DNA of 54,663 nt from Nitrososphaerota archaeon (GTDB taxonomy: Archaea > Thermoproteota > EX4484-205 > JAAOZP01): positions 1 through 54,663 of the forward strand of contig JAAOZP010000008.1 in NCBI GenBank assembly GCA_011605725.1. Direction: 5' to 3'. The position numbers were made by a program, and so were the translations under genes. The notes under the pieces are model-generated. The model was not told where the DNA came from, searched no databases, and worked only from the letters and a program-made list of their open reading frames with translations. Of the stretch, positions 10,601-18,989 are shown in pieces; positions within the stretch are counted from its first letter, which is position 1; each line of letters starts with the position of its first letter.

Positions 10601-10958
10601 TGTCGAAATAGAGACTTATCATCAGCATCAAGAAAGCATACGCTGAAACCGCAGGAACATGCCCTGTAATGAAGAACAATTGACCATAACCGGTTAATGA
10701 ATAAGTCTTTTCTTTTATGAACTCTAAAGTATAATTCACCTGCCAATCAGGATGATGAAGTTGTTGGTACATAAAATAGATCCAAGCAAAACCTGAGAAG
10801 AATACAAAGACTAGCACCACAAATAAAGCAATTTTATGATGGCTTCTCTCAAAGATAGAATGGGATAACTCATATAACGCTACTATAGGAATGAAGTTAA
10901 GAAACGATAAAAATAGTTGCATATTTGGCATGCCACCTACCGATACTCCAATCATCAA
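7638..10958 (-). CDS. Large multi-pass membrane protein with an extracellular LamG/concanavalin-like domain and C-terminal TM anchor (3' part of a frameshifted gene)
   Basis: ~10 hydrophobic segments, then TIQVWVNP...GNWYYLTFVY...KLYVDG...FVGRIKSLTI (LamG-like); C-terminal hydrophobic anchor followed by basic residues. Confidence 0.7.
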   Translation of the reverse strand: MMIGVSVGGMPNMQLFLSFLNFIPIVALYELSHSIFERSHHKIALFVVLVFVFFSGFAWIYFMYQQLHHPDWQVNYTLEFIKEKTYSLTGYGQLFFITGHVPAVSAYAFLMLMISLYFDKEHKERDVLLILFLLSFLLIFLHLPEFVFLSSFMSIYALLDGDSKNIQRVVICLTGGAVGSILFFFLSKNNISLAILAAFVTMLIIVIFKPVIPLSKHFLDFVSNHLPVIANIILWLLLAAFLSWVTNWDSINAPNISDIYYVPLIFYGALIGIKGFLSVIGLIEAKEPSVRHVFTFFLLLGLSSFLFGKLISYISANFLILPFWEIRMAFFLGLATSIVGGFGLLSLLSNFQFNSLLSKLVKITLVIAIVFAGSLSTFLQYKYNIILGERTAMISQPEYEAIAYLNNEITSNPSAVFYASPSCIRIVTLSYPSFLPTTRNILLLSSIYPDSLANILSSYPSYIVLRPEELSTLTKSKSYLAYFLNFLSPAFNNSAIIIYKIPKLGCINDVSNITLITEGYDYATFTALLSSGVAFDVMNKYSGSLSLKKIGIMSDSQVGFQEDPLIRSGIDKSLGKGEVNLSGSRRYYLNGSLISRGGGTIQVWVNPSRQQTSHIIWIGESKGDGFGGEQELHLSTIDTGEFAAYFGDGSSSVLLKGGKYVPGNWYYLTFVYINNGICKLYVDGQMVASGSVKKVRTDKWINSLVVGGLANTSYRAFVGRIKSLTILQKPLSDFQILENYLAVNNVTNFISPMNLERLGTLIVINFDGYGTFADSLLRLENETVLIESICSPEVTAKLPQRIESQKAFNIAGEALMYYCDRYGKPISPFLILYRSDDYEILYLNVFPLVKLNNDSFIIRLLADIIQRFIGNYSYVPNQSSQIDIISKLLVLHGKVIVNSADLLLLHINDTTLQTDNSTLLELDVGPILVSQYKYAVIEANHIEVGNGEGTYSYMTISGGFNITFFGTDINVAFLEYSRLIQFSTSQLRLTSTRQSSFVKVMVKLPHIHVEGMTEIEAQYVYLPSLRLRIGATPKKLEINGTAECRIQYSDASYIALSDFSWFGDLRRTPSLLRWDEVQSSYQNLPWLLVSFVLLLPYLHSLSRRRH

Positions 10959-11547
10959 TTATAGCCACTTCCAAAGAGTGGTAGGTTAAGTATACATAAC
11001 CCTCATATGCTTGAGGAGCTCTATAAAGAATCACACTTTGCCATAAGTGATTAAAAGAATCCATATATACATTTGTTGCTAGTTTGGGAACAGTTTGAAG
11101 AATTCCAAACGCAAGGATGAAGAAAATGGTTAGCATAGCCAACATCTCATCAATGCTGAATATAACAAGTGAATTGACATTATCACTGCTTCGCCGAACA
11201 GTTTTTGCCATAAGCAATAATCCGATAGCTAATTGAATAAGCAACCTGGCGGCTCTGTATATTGGTTGGAAAATTATTGGGGCAACCAACAGAATATCTA
11301 AAGAAAGGCTAAGAATATAAGAAAAAAGAACTAAGCAAGAGAAATTATTTGTCTTGATGTCCAGTAGGTAAAGAAGACCATAGCCAATAACAAACGCATT
11401 AATAACAAAACTGATAAACGTTCTTACTGCCTGATCTAGCCAAAACCAGGCAGAGCTTATTCTTAGTAGAACTGATAATACCATGAATAAACCAATAGCA
11501 ATATTTAGATACTTAGTAGAACTTAATCGTACTTTTAGTCTATTCAT
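10897..11547 (-). CDS. Membrane protein; probably the N-terminal part of the 7638-10958 gene, split by a frameshift near 10955
   Basis: Several TM helices plus the DSFNH...TYH loop seen in GT-C-like proteins; overlaps the next ORF by ~60 nt with a non-hydrophobic-pattern tail. Confidence 0.6.
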   Translation of the reverse strand: MNRLKVRLSSTKYLNIAIGLFMVLSVLLRISSAWFWLDQAVRTFISFVINAFVIGYGLLYLLDIKTNNFSCLVLFSYILSLSLDILLVAPIIFQPIYRAARLLIQLAIGLLLMAKTVRRSSDNVNSLVIFSIDEMLAMLTIFFILAFGILQTVPKLATNVYMDSFNHLWQSVILYRAPQAYEGYVYLTYHSLEVAIIDDWSIGRWHAKYATIFIVS

Positions 11548-11613
11548 AATAATTTCCTAAGTTTAAGTTTCGTTGCATTAGTTTTGTTAAGAAAAATCAT
11601 CATTGCCTATTAT

Positions 11614-12774
11614 TTAATTCTGGTTCACTGACATAAGTACTCTTCGCCAGGCTTCCAATGCCTTTTCATAACTAAAATTTTTCTTAATGTAATTGTAGGC
11701 GTTAATGCCAACCATCTCTAAAAGCTCAGGTCTATTCAGGAGTTCCACTATTCTCTCGGCAATTTGTTTGGGATCATTAGATTTAAGCAAGAAACCAGTT
11801 TCGCTATCTTTAATTATGTCGGGAATTGCACCAACGGGAGTCGCGAGGACAGGAGTTCCGCAGGCCATAGCCTCAAGTAAAATGTTGGGTAACCCCTCAG
11901 TAAATGATGGTAAAACAAGCAGTTTAAGTTCATTTAGGTATCGTGGAACATCCTCATGAGGGATCCATCCCGTCAATTTCACGTTTGCCTCTAGACCTTT
12001 AGCTTCTATGATTTTCCCAGCTTCACGGGCTAAATTCCCCTGACCACATATTATAAAATAAGTATCCGCTTTTTTCTTCAAAACTAAAGGTATCGCTTCA
12101 ATAAAGTTCAAGACACCTTTCTCTGCACTTAAACGCCCTATGTAACCTATCAAGTTCTCACGTATAAATATAGGTTTTCTAATATCTAATGCATTCATCT
12201 CGACAAATAAAAAGGCTTTACGTGTTTTGGCTCTAACAATTGCAGGAAGTGGATAGCTATCAAGCACAGCAAAAGATTCTGTTGCAATTCTATCAGCAAA
12301 CAGTAATGTAAGAACTTCTATAGCTAGAAACATTTTTGCAATCGCAATACCGACAGTACCATATTGCGTCTTAACGGATTTATAAGTGAGTCCTGTTATA
12401 CATGTTATTACTTTCTTCCCGAAAATTTTCGCAGCAAGAATTGGTAAAACCAGGGTAGTTCCATCGAGAAAGAATATAACCAGATCGACCTTACTTATAG
12501 TTTCCATTAATTTTATGCTTAGTATAACTTGCATCCTTAAATATTCGAACATTCTGGCAAAAAAAGAATTTCTCAGATGATAACTTAACAAAATTGGCTT
12601 ATACTTTTTATCAAATCCACGAATAAAGCTAAGGTCACCAACCACTATGTAAGCAGTATTAATTAAAGGGTCGATGATCCTTAAGAATTTAAGGAGTGTA
12701 ACATTACCAGTGGAGGATGAAGATGGGAAGGTTCCAATAAAGACTGTCGGTTTACGTGAAGAAGAACCTCGCAT
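11614..12774 (-). CDS. Glycosyltransferase family 4
   Basis: IGRLSAEKG and TEGLPNILLEAMACGTPVLATPVG motifs. Confidence 0.92.
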   Translation of the reverse strand: MRGSSSRKPTVFIGTFPSSSSTGNVTLLKFLRIIDPLINTAYIVVGDLSFIRGFDKKYKPILLSYHLRNSFFARMFEYLRMQVILSIKLMETISKVDLVIFFLDGTTLVLPILAAKIFGKKVITCITGLTYKSVKTQYGTVGIAIAKMFLAIEVLTLLFADRIATESFAVLDSYPLPAIVRAKTRKAFLFVEMNALDIRKPIFIRENLIGYIGRLSAEKGVLNFIEAIPLVLKKKADTYFIICGQGNLAREAGKIIEAKGLEANVKLTGWIPHEDVPRYLNELKLLVLPSFTEGLPNILLEAMACGTPVLATPVGAIPDIIKDSETGFLLKSNDPKQIAERIVELLNRPELLEMVGINAYNYIKKNFSYEKALEAWRRVLMSVNQN

Positions 12775-12780
12775 TTTTAT

Positions 12781-13479
12781 TTAGCTCTTTAATAATTTCA
12801 CAATTTCTCCATTTGTCTTATACTTCACGTACGGCCTATTTGATATGTATTGAAGTACTCGTTCCAATTTTTGCCATTCATTATTTCGTTCAATCTCCCA
12901 TGAGTGCCCCCAAAGATGATATACTCCACCTTTATTGATGAATTGGTCAAATAGCAGCTTAGCACGCAATTCCCAATCCATAAATGCTTTTATAGAAATT
13001 CTTGTTTTGATGTAAATCTTTAATGTCATAAGAGGGGAACCGTTTGAGGCGTGTAAAGTTATTCTCCATTCATAGGGGTCTTTTGGAAATTCAAAGTTTC
13101 CTCCATTGCATGTTCTGGCACCTAGAAATCCGTTCTTTTTAACGATCTCTTTGATTCTTTGGTCGTACTTACCCTTTGGATAACAGAACATACTTATTTT
13201 AGCCCCTAACAATTTTTCTAAGTAAATTTTCGAACCCTTAATTTCCTTCTCAGCTTTTTCTATTGGAATAGAGGTAAGATCTACATGTGTAAGTGTATGT
13301 GCTCCGATTTCATGATATTCAGAAAGCTCCTTTATTTCCTCTCTCGTTAGTTTATTTTCTAAATAAAATGGACTAACATAGAATGTTCCTTTTATATTGT
13401 ATTTTTCTAATAATTTAGCGAGCTTTAAATCTAGCTTATGCCCATCATCCCAGCTTGTTGTTACAATATACAGTTTCAA
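12781..13479 (-). CDS. Polysaccharide deacetylase (CE4/NodB-like)
   Basis: TSWDDG, HEIGAHTLTH, FCYPKG, HLWGHSWE motifs. Confidence 0.9.
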   Translation of the reverse strand: MKLYIVTTSWDDGHKLDLKLAKLLEKYNIKGTFYVSPFYLENKLTREEIKELSEYHEIGAHTLTHVDLTSIPIEKAEKEIKGSKIYLEKLLGAKISMFCYPKGKYDQRIKEIVKKNGFLGARTCNGGNFEFPKDPYEWRITLHASNGSPLMTLKIYIKTRISIKAFMDWELRAKLLFDQFINKGGVYHLWGHSWEIERNNEWQKLERVLQYISNRPYVKYKTNGEIVKLLKS

Positions 13480-14540
13480 AATATCATTCGCCCACTTACT
13501 TTTTGGAGTATGGCTTGGGGAATCTTTTTCCTTACGCCAAGCTTTTTAGCCAACCATAATGCACCCCCCTCTATCATAAAATACCTTATTTTTGAAGTAA
13601 AATATGAGTAATCGTTAAACGGTATCACAGTTCCACCAAATCGAGACTTAAATAAGTAATGTCCCTCGGCTGGATTTAATAGGGATGGACCAAAGTCTAG
13701 ATGCCTATAACCTTTGTCAGCGAGCTCCTCTATCAATTTCCAGTATAGGAACTCGTTGGGGTTTAGGTATAAATATCGTGAAAGAGAAGCATTGTACCAA
13801 ACGTAAGCTTTATCTTTAAACAAGAATGCCATTATCCCCCCTATGGGCTTATTTTCGAAGGTTGCGGTTAAAGTTATAAAGTCTTCTCCATGCTTCAGTT
13901 GACTCCATATCAACCTAAACAATTTTATACGGTTATCATCTAAGATGCCCTTTGACCTTGTTATAGTTTCTCTATATAACATCCAATAAGTTTCTACCTT
14001 TGGGCATCTTTTATCTATCTTCACGCCCAACTTGATAGCCTTCCTAATAGCATTTCTCGCTTTCTTATGCAACTTGTATTTGAATATATGCTCTGTACCT
14101 TGAGATAAATCGAGTAAAAAAGTACAATATTCACGATGCTTTACATAGTAGTTTGGCATAAACTGGTTCAAGGGAGACGGCGATTGAAATCTCAATTTAA
14201 AGAAGGTAAGACCGTACTTTTTAATAATATTTTCCAACGTTCTTAACATTTCTAACAAAAAATACTTATTATATATCTTAATATCTTCCATTAAAAGTCC
14301 ATTACAATCAAGAAGAGAAGTTAATCCTCTTCCGAAAGGAAAGACGTTAACAAAGTATAAAGGCAGAACCCCAATAATATCACTTTGATCGTAAAGTAGT
14401 AAGTAAAAAGGTTTTTCGAATTCGTATTTCCTCAAGATTTGCATCCACTTTAGCGTATGAAAAAAAGTAGCATCCGGATGATCCAGTACAAACGAATCCC
14501 AATCGATATAATTCATTTTTGTCAACTTAAGTATCTTCAT
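13476..14540 (-). CDS. FemAB-like GNAT acyl/aminoacyl transferase
   Basis: WDSFV...ATFFHT..W, ARNAIRKAIK, NEFLYW, LDFG, FKSRFGG motifs of the FemAB-related GNAT family. Confidence 0.85.
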   Translation of the reverse strand: MKILKLTKMNYIDWDSFVLDHPDATFFHTLKWMQILRKYEFEKPFYLLLYDQSDIIGVLPLYFVNVFPFGRGLTSLLDCNGLLMEDIKIYNKYFLLEMLRTLENIIKKYGLTFFKLRFQSPSPLNQFMPNYYVKHREYCTFLLDLSQGTEHIFKYKLHKKARNAIRKAIKLGVKIDKRCPKVETYWMLYRETITRSKGILDDNRIKLFRLIWSQLKHGEDFITLTATFENKPIGGIMAFLFKDKAYVWYNASLSRYLYLNPNEFLYWKLIEELADKGYRHLDFGPSLLNPAEGHYLFKSRFGGTVIPFNDYSYFTSKIRYFMIEGGALWLAKKLGVRKKIPQAILQKVSGRMIF

Positions 14541-14546
14541 AATACT

Positions 14547-15725
14547 TTATCTTAAAACAGCTTCTTCGTAGACCTTTTCTAATCTTTTCACTACTTTCTC
14601 TATGGTAAAGTTTTCTCTAACGAAATTTTTACCTTTTAAACCCATTTCTTTAGCTACATCATTACCGTTTAATAAGTTGAAAATGCTTTTCGCCAATTGC
14701 TTTACATTTCCAGGGTCAAAGAGTAACCCTGTCTCTCCATCTTTTACTAAATCTTTTAACCCGCCAACTTTTGATGCAACTATGGGTTTCCCACAAGCGT
14801 AAGCCTCAAGAATCGTCATGGGGAAAGCTTCATATCTTGAAGGCAAAACGTAGACCTCTGAGTCGACATAAGCCGCCAACTTGTCCTCCCCATACAGCGG
14901 TCCTACGAATAATATGGAATTTGAAACGCTAGAAGCTTGTGCAAGATGTTTAATTTCGCTTAAGTATCCATCGTCTGGCCCAGCTATTACTAAAACGACA
15001 TCTTTAAAATTTATTTTATTCTTTAGATGAGAGTAGGCTTTGATCAGAAAGTCTATACCCTTAATCTTATGGATCCTGCCAAGGTAAAGTATGATTTTCC
15101 TGTCTTCTGGTATGTTAAACTTCTTCTTGAAGGAGCCTTTAGGCGGTAGTTCAGCGTACTCTGAAAGGTCTATCCCGTTAGGTATGATGGCGATCTTCTC
15201 CTCAGGCACACCCATACGCTTGTACTGCTCAGCCTCAACATTGCTGAGAGCAATAACCTTAGAGGCATTTTTTATGGTACTCCATCCAAAAAGTTTATCA
15301 TAAAATAATTTAGCTCTACCCATTCTTCCAATATGAGGAAGGGCACCGTGCGCTTGTAGAACATATGGAGCATAAAGAGCATTCTTTTTTAAACTGAAGA
15401 AAGTATCGTAAGGTTGCCTCCCAAAATGGGCATGTACTATATCGAAGTGCTTTATTGTTTCCCACAATTTGATGATCATTTCTGGTGCCACGTAAAGGTT
15501 GTTTATTCTGAGAAAGTTGCTGAAATAAGTAACCTTAACATTGAATACAATTAATTCTTTTTTTAATGGTTTAAAATTTTTCCTTTGATCATAAGCATTG
15601 GTTGTATAAACCTCTACATAATGACCTCTCTTTGCGAGTTCTTTGCAAACATCAAAAGCCACCTTAGGTGGTCCACCGAAAGCATATGCTGGAGGAAAAG
15701 TAGATATTACATGAAGAATTCTCAT
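14547..15725 (-). CDS. Glycosyltransferase family 4
   Basis: GGPPKV, IPNGID, GRIHKIKG, YEAFPMTILEAYACGKPIV motifs. Confidence 0.92.
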   Translation of the reverse strand: MRILHVISTFPPAYAFGGPPKVAFDVCKELAKRGHYVEVYTTNAYDQRKNFKPLKKELIVFNVKVTYFSNFLRINNLYVAPEMIIKLWETIKHFDIVHAHFGRQPYDTFFSLKKNALYAPYVLQAHGALPHIGRMGRAKLFYDKLFGWSTIKNASKVIALSNVEAEQYKRMGVPEEKIAIIPNGIDLSEYAELPPKGSFKKKFNIPEDRKIILYLGRIHKIKGIDFLIKAYSHLKNKINFKDVVLVIAGPDDGYLSEIKHLAQASSVSNSILFVGPLYGEDKLAAYVDSEVYVLPSRYEAFPMTILEAYACGKPIVASKVGGLKDLVKDGETGLLFDPGNVKQLAKSIFNLLNGNDVAKEMGLKGKNFVRENFTIEKVVKRLEKVYEEAVLR

Positions 15726-15849
15726 TCTTGCAACCTAAACATCACGGTAATGTAGCTAAAGGAAGGCATTTGCGAATTAGCTTTGATCTCGAAAAACCTT
15801 CCTTTGAGATTTTGGGATAGCACTTTCTCAGCATAGAAAAATAATGTTA
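15722..15849 (-). pseudogene. C-terminal remnant of a deleted gene
   Basis: Open frame LTLFFYAEKVLSQNLKGRFFEIKANSQMPSFSYITVMFRLQE* whose TGA overlaps the ATG of the next gene (ATGA). It begins at the GCGCGC tract at 15850. Confidence 0.45.
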
Positions 15850-16629
15850 GCGCGCACGAGCGGGTGCAATTTTTTGATTTTTTAGCAGATAAATTTTCCA
15901 ACAAAGGGGTGATGTAGAAAAACGTTCATAATCTTTCCACCAATTGTAGCGTTTACATTTTTTAGCAATTGCTGAAATATAACCGGCTGTACAGTATACA
16001 ATGCTTTTGAGGCCCTCTAAAGGTTTGCCTAGTATGAATATAAGTCTGTTTAATAATAGGATTTTAAGTGGTAATCCCCATTTATAGTACTCTATACCAT
16101 AAGAATATTCTATTTCTCGTGAAATGGGATTAGGCAAAGTCCCGACCAGTTCATCCCCATCATAACCCAACGGTAAGTTACCAGCAACCGAAGTATAGAA
16201 AGCAGAGATATAACCATCATCACAATAGTTTATAGGATATTCCCCTGACATCTTAGCAATAAAAAAGGGAACTGAAATTAACAAGGCTGCACCTATGCCT
16301 GCTACAGGAGTTTTTTTATTAAGGAGATTGCTAAGATAATCTAATGGTAATTTTATATCACCATCCACTTTAAATATATGTGTGTAACTTTTTACATTTA
16401 TTTTCTTTAAGGCGATTCTTATAGATAACCCTATCCGAATGGGAACTGGTAGACTTTGAGAAACTTGGATAACGAGGTTATTTTCTATGCAAATCGGTTT
16501 TGCTGAAACGACGTAAACTTCTTGGTCGACATCTTTTTGATTCTTGACTCGCTTGTAATTTTCCTGAATAAAGGTGGATTCATCCCTGGTTAAAAACAAG
16601 GTTAATACCCTCATAGAAAATAACCCCAC
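15847..16629 (-). CDS. Putative GT-A fold (GT2-like) glycosyltransferase
   Basis: IFKVDGDIKLP DxD motif; operon context; stop codon supplied directly by GCGCGC-TAA. Confidence 0.6.
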   Translation of the reverse strand: MGLFSMRVLTLFLTRDESTFIQENYKRVKNQKDVDQEVYVVSAKPICIENNLVIQVSQSLPVPIRIGLSIRIALKKINVKSYTHIFKVDGDIKLPLDYLSNLLNKKTPVAGIGAALLISVPFFIAKMSGEYPINYCDDGYISAFYTSVAGNLPLGYDGDELVGTLPNPISREIEYSYGIEYYKWGLPLKILLLNRLIFILGKPLEGLKSIVYCTAGYISAIAKKCKRYNWWKDYERFSTSPLCWKIYLLKNQKIAPARAR

Positions 16630-16640
16630 ATGTTATTATG

Positions 16641-17855
16641 TCAAATTCTTAGTTTTTCGGTAAGGTGTTGAAGCACATTCATCATTTCTTGGCCTATCTT
16701 CTCTACTGACAACTTTTGCTCAACGTTTTGTCTTCCCGAAGCTCCTAGCTTTTCAGCGAGTTCGTTGTTCTCCTTCAAGTAGAGTATCGCATTGGCTAGG
16801 GCTTTATGGTCTCCTGGCTTAACCACTATTCCGGAGCTTGTTTCTTTCACATATTCTGCCGGCTGTCCATTTGCACAGCATATTATCGGCTTACCTACAG
16901 CTTGGTATTCGTATAGTTTTGACGATATTCCCAGGTATGGTCTTCCGAAGTCTTTAAGCGGTAGTAGTAGGGCGTCTGCCTCGCCCGTGAGTTTCGCTAC
17001 TTCCTCCCTGCCGAGTATTCTGTCGATTATCCTTACGTTTCTAAGTTTCATATCTGCAACTCTCTGTTTAACGTAGTTGAGTAGTTCTCCCCCGCCTTGA
17101 AGAACTATCTCCACATCCTCATGGTTTTCAAGGATTTCCGCTGCTTTGAGCACCTGGTCGAAGTCATAGGCCACTGAGAACGCGCCGCTGTACAGAACTG
17201 TGAATCTCCCGTCATTCTTGCTGGGTGTCGGCTTAAATTTGCTGATGTCTACTCCGCCCCTGACCACGTGGATTTTGCTCTCAGGAATCCCGTATTTGCC
17301 TTTGATGACCTTTATGTAGCCTGGGCTTATTGGAGTTATAGCGTCAGCCATCGTGTAGGCTATTTTCGCTAAGGCTTCAACCAGTTTTTTCATGAACCCT
17401 GACCTTATCGCACCTATGTCCATCGGGTCTTCAGGCCAAAGGTCGTCGACGTTGAGCACTATGGGGCATCTGTGGAAAAAACGATATATTAATGATGGGA
17501 CTATCGCTAGGACCTGGGGGTTTGAGGCGAAGACTACGTCAGCCTTGTCGACGATGAACAGGGGGAAGAGGGAGGATATTAGGAAGGCTATGAAGAGGAT
17601 CATCCTGTTGGCAAGCCCCTTGGCTGGAAGCGGCGGCACGAATGTCCTGACGACCTTGAAGCCATCCATGTTCTCAACAGATAAAGCCCTCTTCCTCAGA
17701 CGCCTTGGAACGTTTCCCGTCGGGTAGTGTGGAAACCCCGCTACCACCGTGACCTTCATCTTGTTTAACACGAGTCCTTTCGCCACGTTGTATGCTCTTG
17801 TAGCGCTCCCACCCATGTCCGGGGGAAAGATTTGCGAAATTATCAGTGTGTGCAT
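16641..17855 (-). CDS. Glycosyltransferase family 4 (WbuB-like)
   Basis: FPPDMGG, FPHYPTG, DLWPE, SSKLYEYQAVGKPII motifs. Confidence 0.92.
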   Translation of the reverse strand: MHTLIISQIFPPDMGGSATRAYNVAKGLVLNKMKVTVVAGFPHYPTGNVPRRLRKRALSVENMDGFKVVRTFVPPLPAKGLANRMILFIAFLISSLFPLFIVDKADVVFASNPQVLAIVPSLIYRFFHRCPIVLNVDDLWPEDPMDIGAIRSGFMKKLVEALAKIAYTMADAITPISPGYIKVIKGKYGIPESKIHVVRGGVDISKFKPTPSKNDGRFTVLYSGAFSVAYDFDQVLKAAEILENHEDVEIVLQGGGELLNYVKQRVADMKLRNVRIIDRILGREEVAKLTGEADALLLPLKDFGRPYLGISSKLYEYQAVGKPIICCANGQPAEYVKETSSGIVVKPGDHKALANAILYLKENNELAEKLGASGRQNVEQKLSVEKIGQEMMNVLQHLTEKLRI

Positions 17856-18859
17856 TAAAACTTGACGCTTTTCTCTATGTTCTCCCTGTTCTCCTTAATC
17901 CACTCATAGACTCTTCTCAGCCCAGTCTTCATGTCCGTCTTAGGCTCATATCCAAGTATTCTCCTCGCCTTCTCTATCGAAGCCCTCCTTCTTATCGCCT
18001 TGTCCCAGTCTCTTCTCTGCCTGAATACTATTCCAGCCTTGTTCCCAGTCATCTCGTTTATCCAGTTCGCCAAGTCTATGACTCTGGTCTCAGTCTCTGA
18101 GGCTAGGTTTATCGCCTCGCCAACCGCTTCCTCAACAACACCCATTCTAAGCGTCCCGTCGACAATATCCTCTACGAAGGTGAAGTCCCGCGTCTCCTCC
18201 CCCGTGCCTGTTATGGGTAGTGGCTGACCATGCATGGCCCACCATATGAAGTTGGGTATAACGTTCCTATATCTTCCCGGAACCTCGCCTGGACCATAGA
18301 CGTTGAAGTACCTGGCTATCGCAACCGGAAGCCCATAGTAGTCGTGGAAATAGTTGCAGTACAGTTCTCCGACGAGCTTGTTTATCTGGTAGGGCGTGTC
18401 GAGGTGTAGGGATACGAAGTCTTCTCTCAAGGGTAGTGGCGCCTGGCTGCCGTATACTGAGCAGCCTGAGGATGCGAATACGAATCTTTCGACGCCGGCG
18501 AGGTTCGCGTACTCCAGCGTCCTCAGGGTTCCGAGGCCGTTTACCAGTAGGTCTGTCTCAGGATGGTCTACGCTGTTCTGGTTTGCGAAGTGCGCGGCAA
18601 GGTGGAAAACGTAGTGCGGCCTGTAGCTGAACGCTCTCTTCATCCTCTCCTCGTCAAGAATGCTTCCGTGAATAAACACTATTTTAGAATCCTTCGGCAG
18701 ATTCCACTCGTATGACGCTGAAAGGTCGTCGATAACTATGATTCTCTCCGGCTCAGCCTTCAGGAGTGTTTTCACCAGGTTTGTTCCTATGCATCCTGCT
18801 CCCCCGGTTATCAGGATTCTTTTCCCAGCGTAATGGCTCAGTATGCTCGAACTACTCAT
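17855..18859 (-). CDS. NAD-dependent nucleotide-sugar epimerase/dehydratase
   Basis: ITGGAGCIG, YQINK (YxxxK), RYFNVYGPG, ETRDFTFV. Confidence 0.93.
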   Translation of the reverse strand: MSSSSILSHYAGKRILITGGAGCIGTNLVKTLLKAEPERIIVIDDLSASYEWNLPKDSKIVFIHGSILDEERMKRAFSYRPHYVFHLAAHFANQNSVDHPETDLLVNGLGTLRTLEYANLAGVERFVFASSGCSVYGSQAPLPLREDFVSLHLDTPYQINKLVGELYCNYFHDYYGLPVAIARYFNVYGPGEVPGRYRNVIPNFIWWAMHGQPLPITGTGEETRDFTFVEDIVDGTLRMGVVEEAVGEAINLASETETRVIDLANWINEMTGNKAGIVFRQRRDWDKAIRRRASIEKARRILGYEPKTDMKTGLRRVYEWIKENRENIEKSVKF

Positions 18860-18989
18860 GGTTTACTATCCTAATAGAAATATTTGAACTTTATGAACTT
18901 TATGAAAAGTGTGCATTAGCACAACCAACGTCTCGTTAGCACGTTCAAACGGTACAACAGTGTTCAAATCACGTGTGAAAATAACTGAT

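Noticed and set aside
18885-18906. TGAACTTTA tandem duplication between the epimerase genes
   Set aside because: Only ~2.4 copies of 9 nt in an AT-rich spacer; likely simple slippage.
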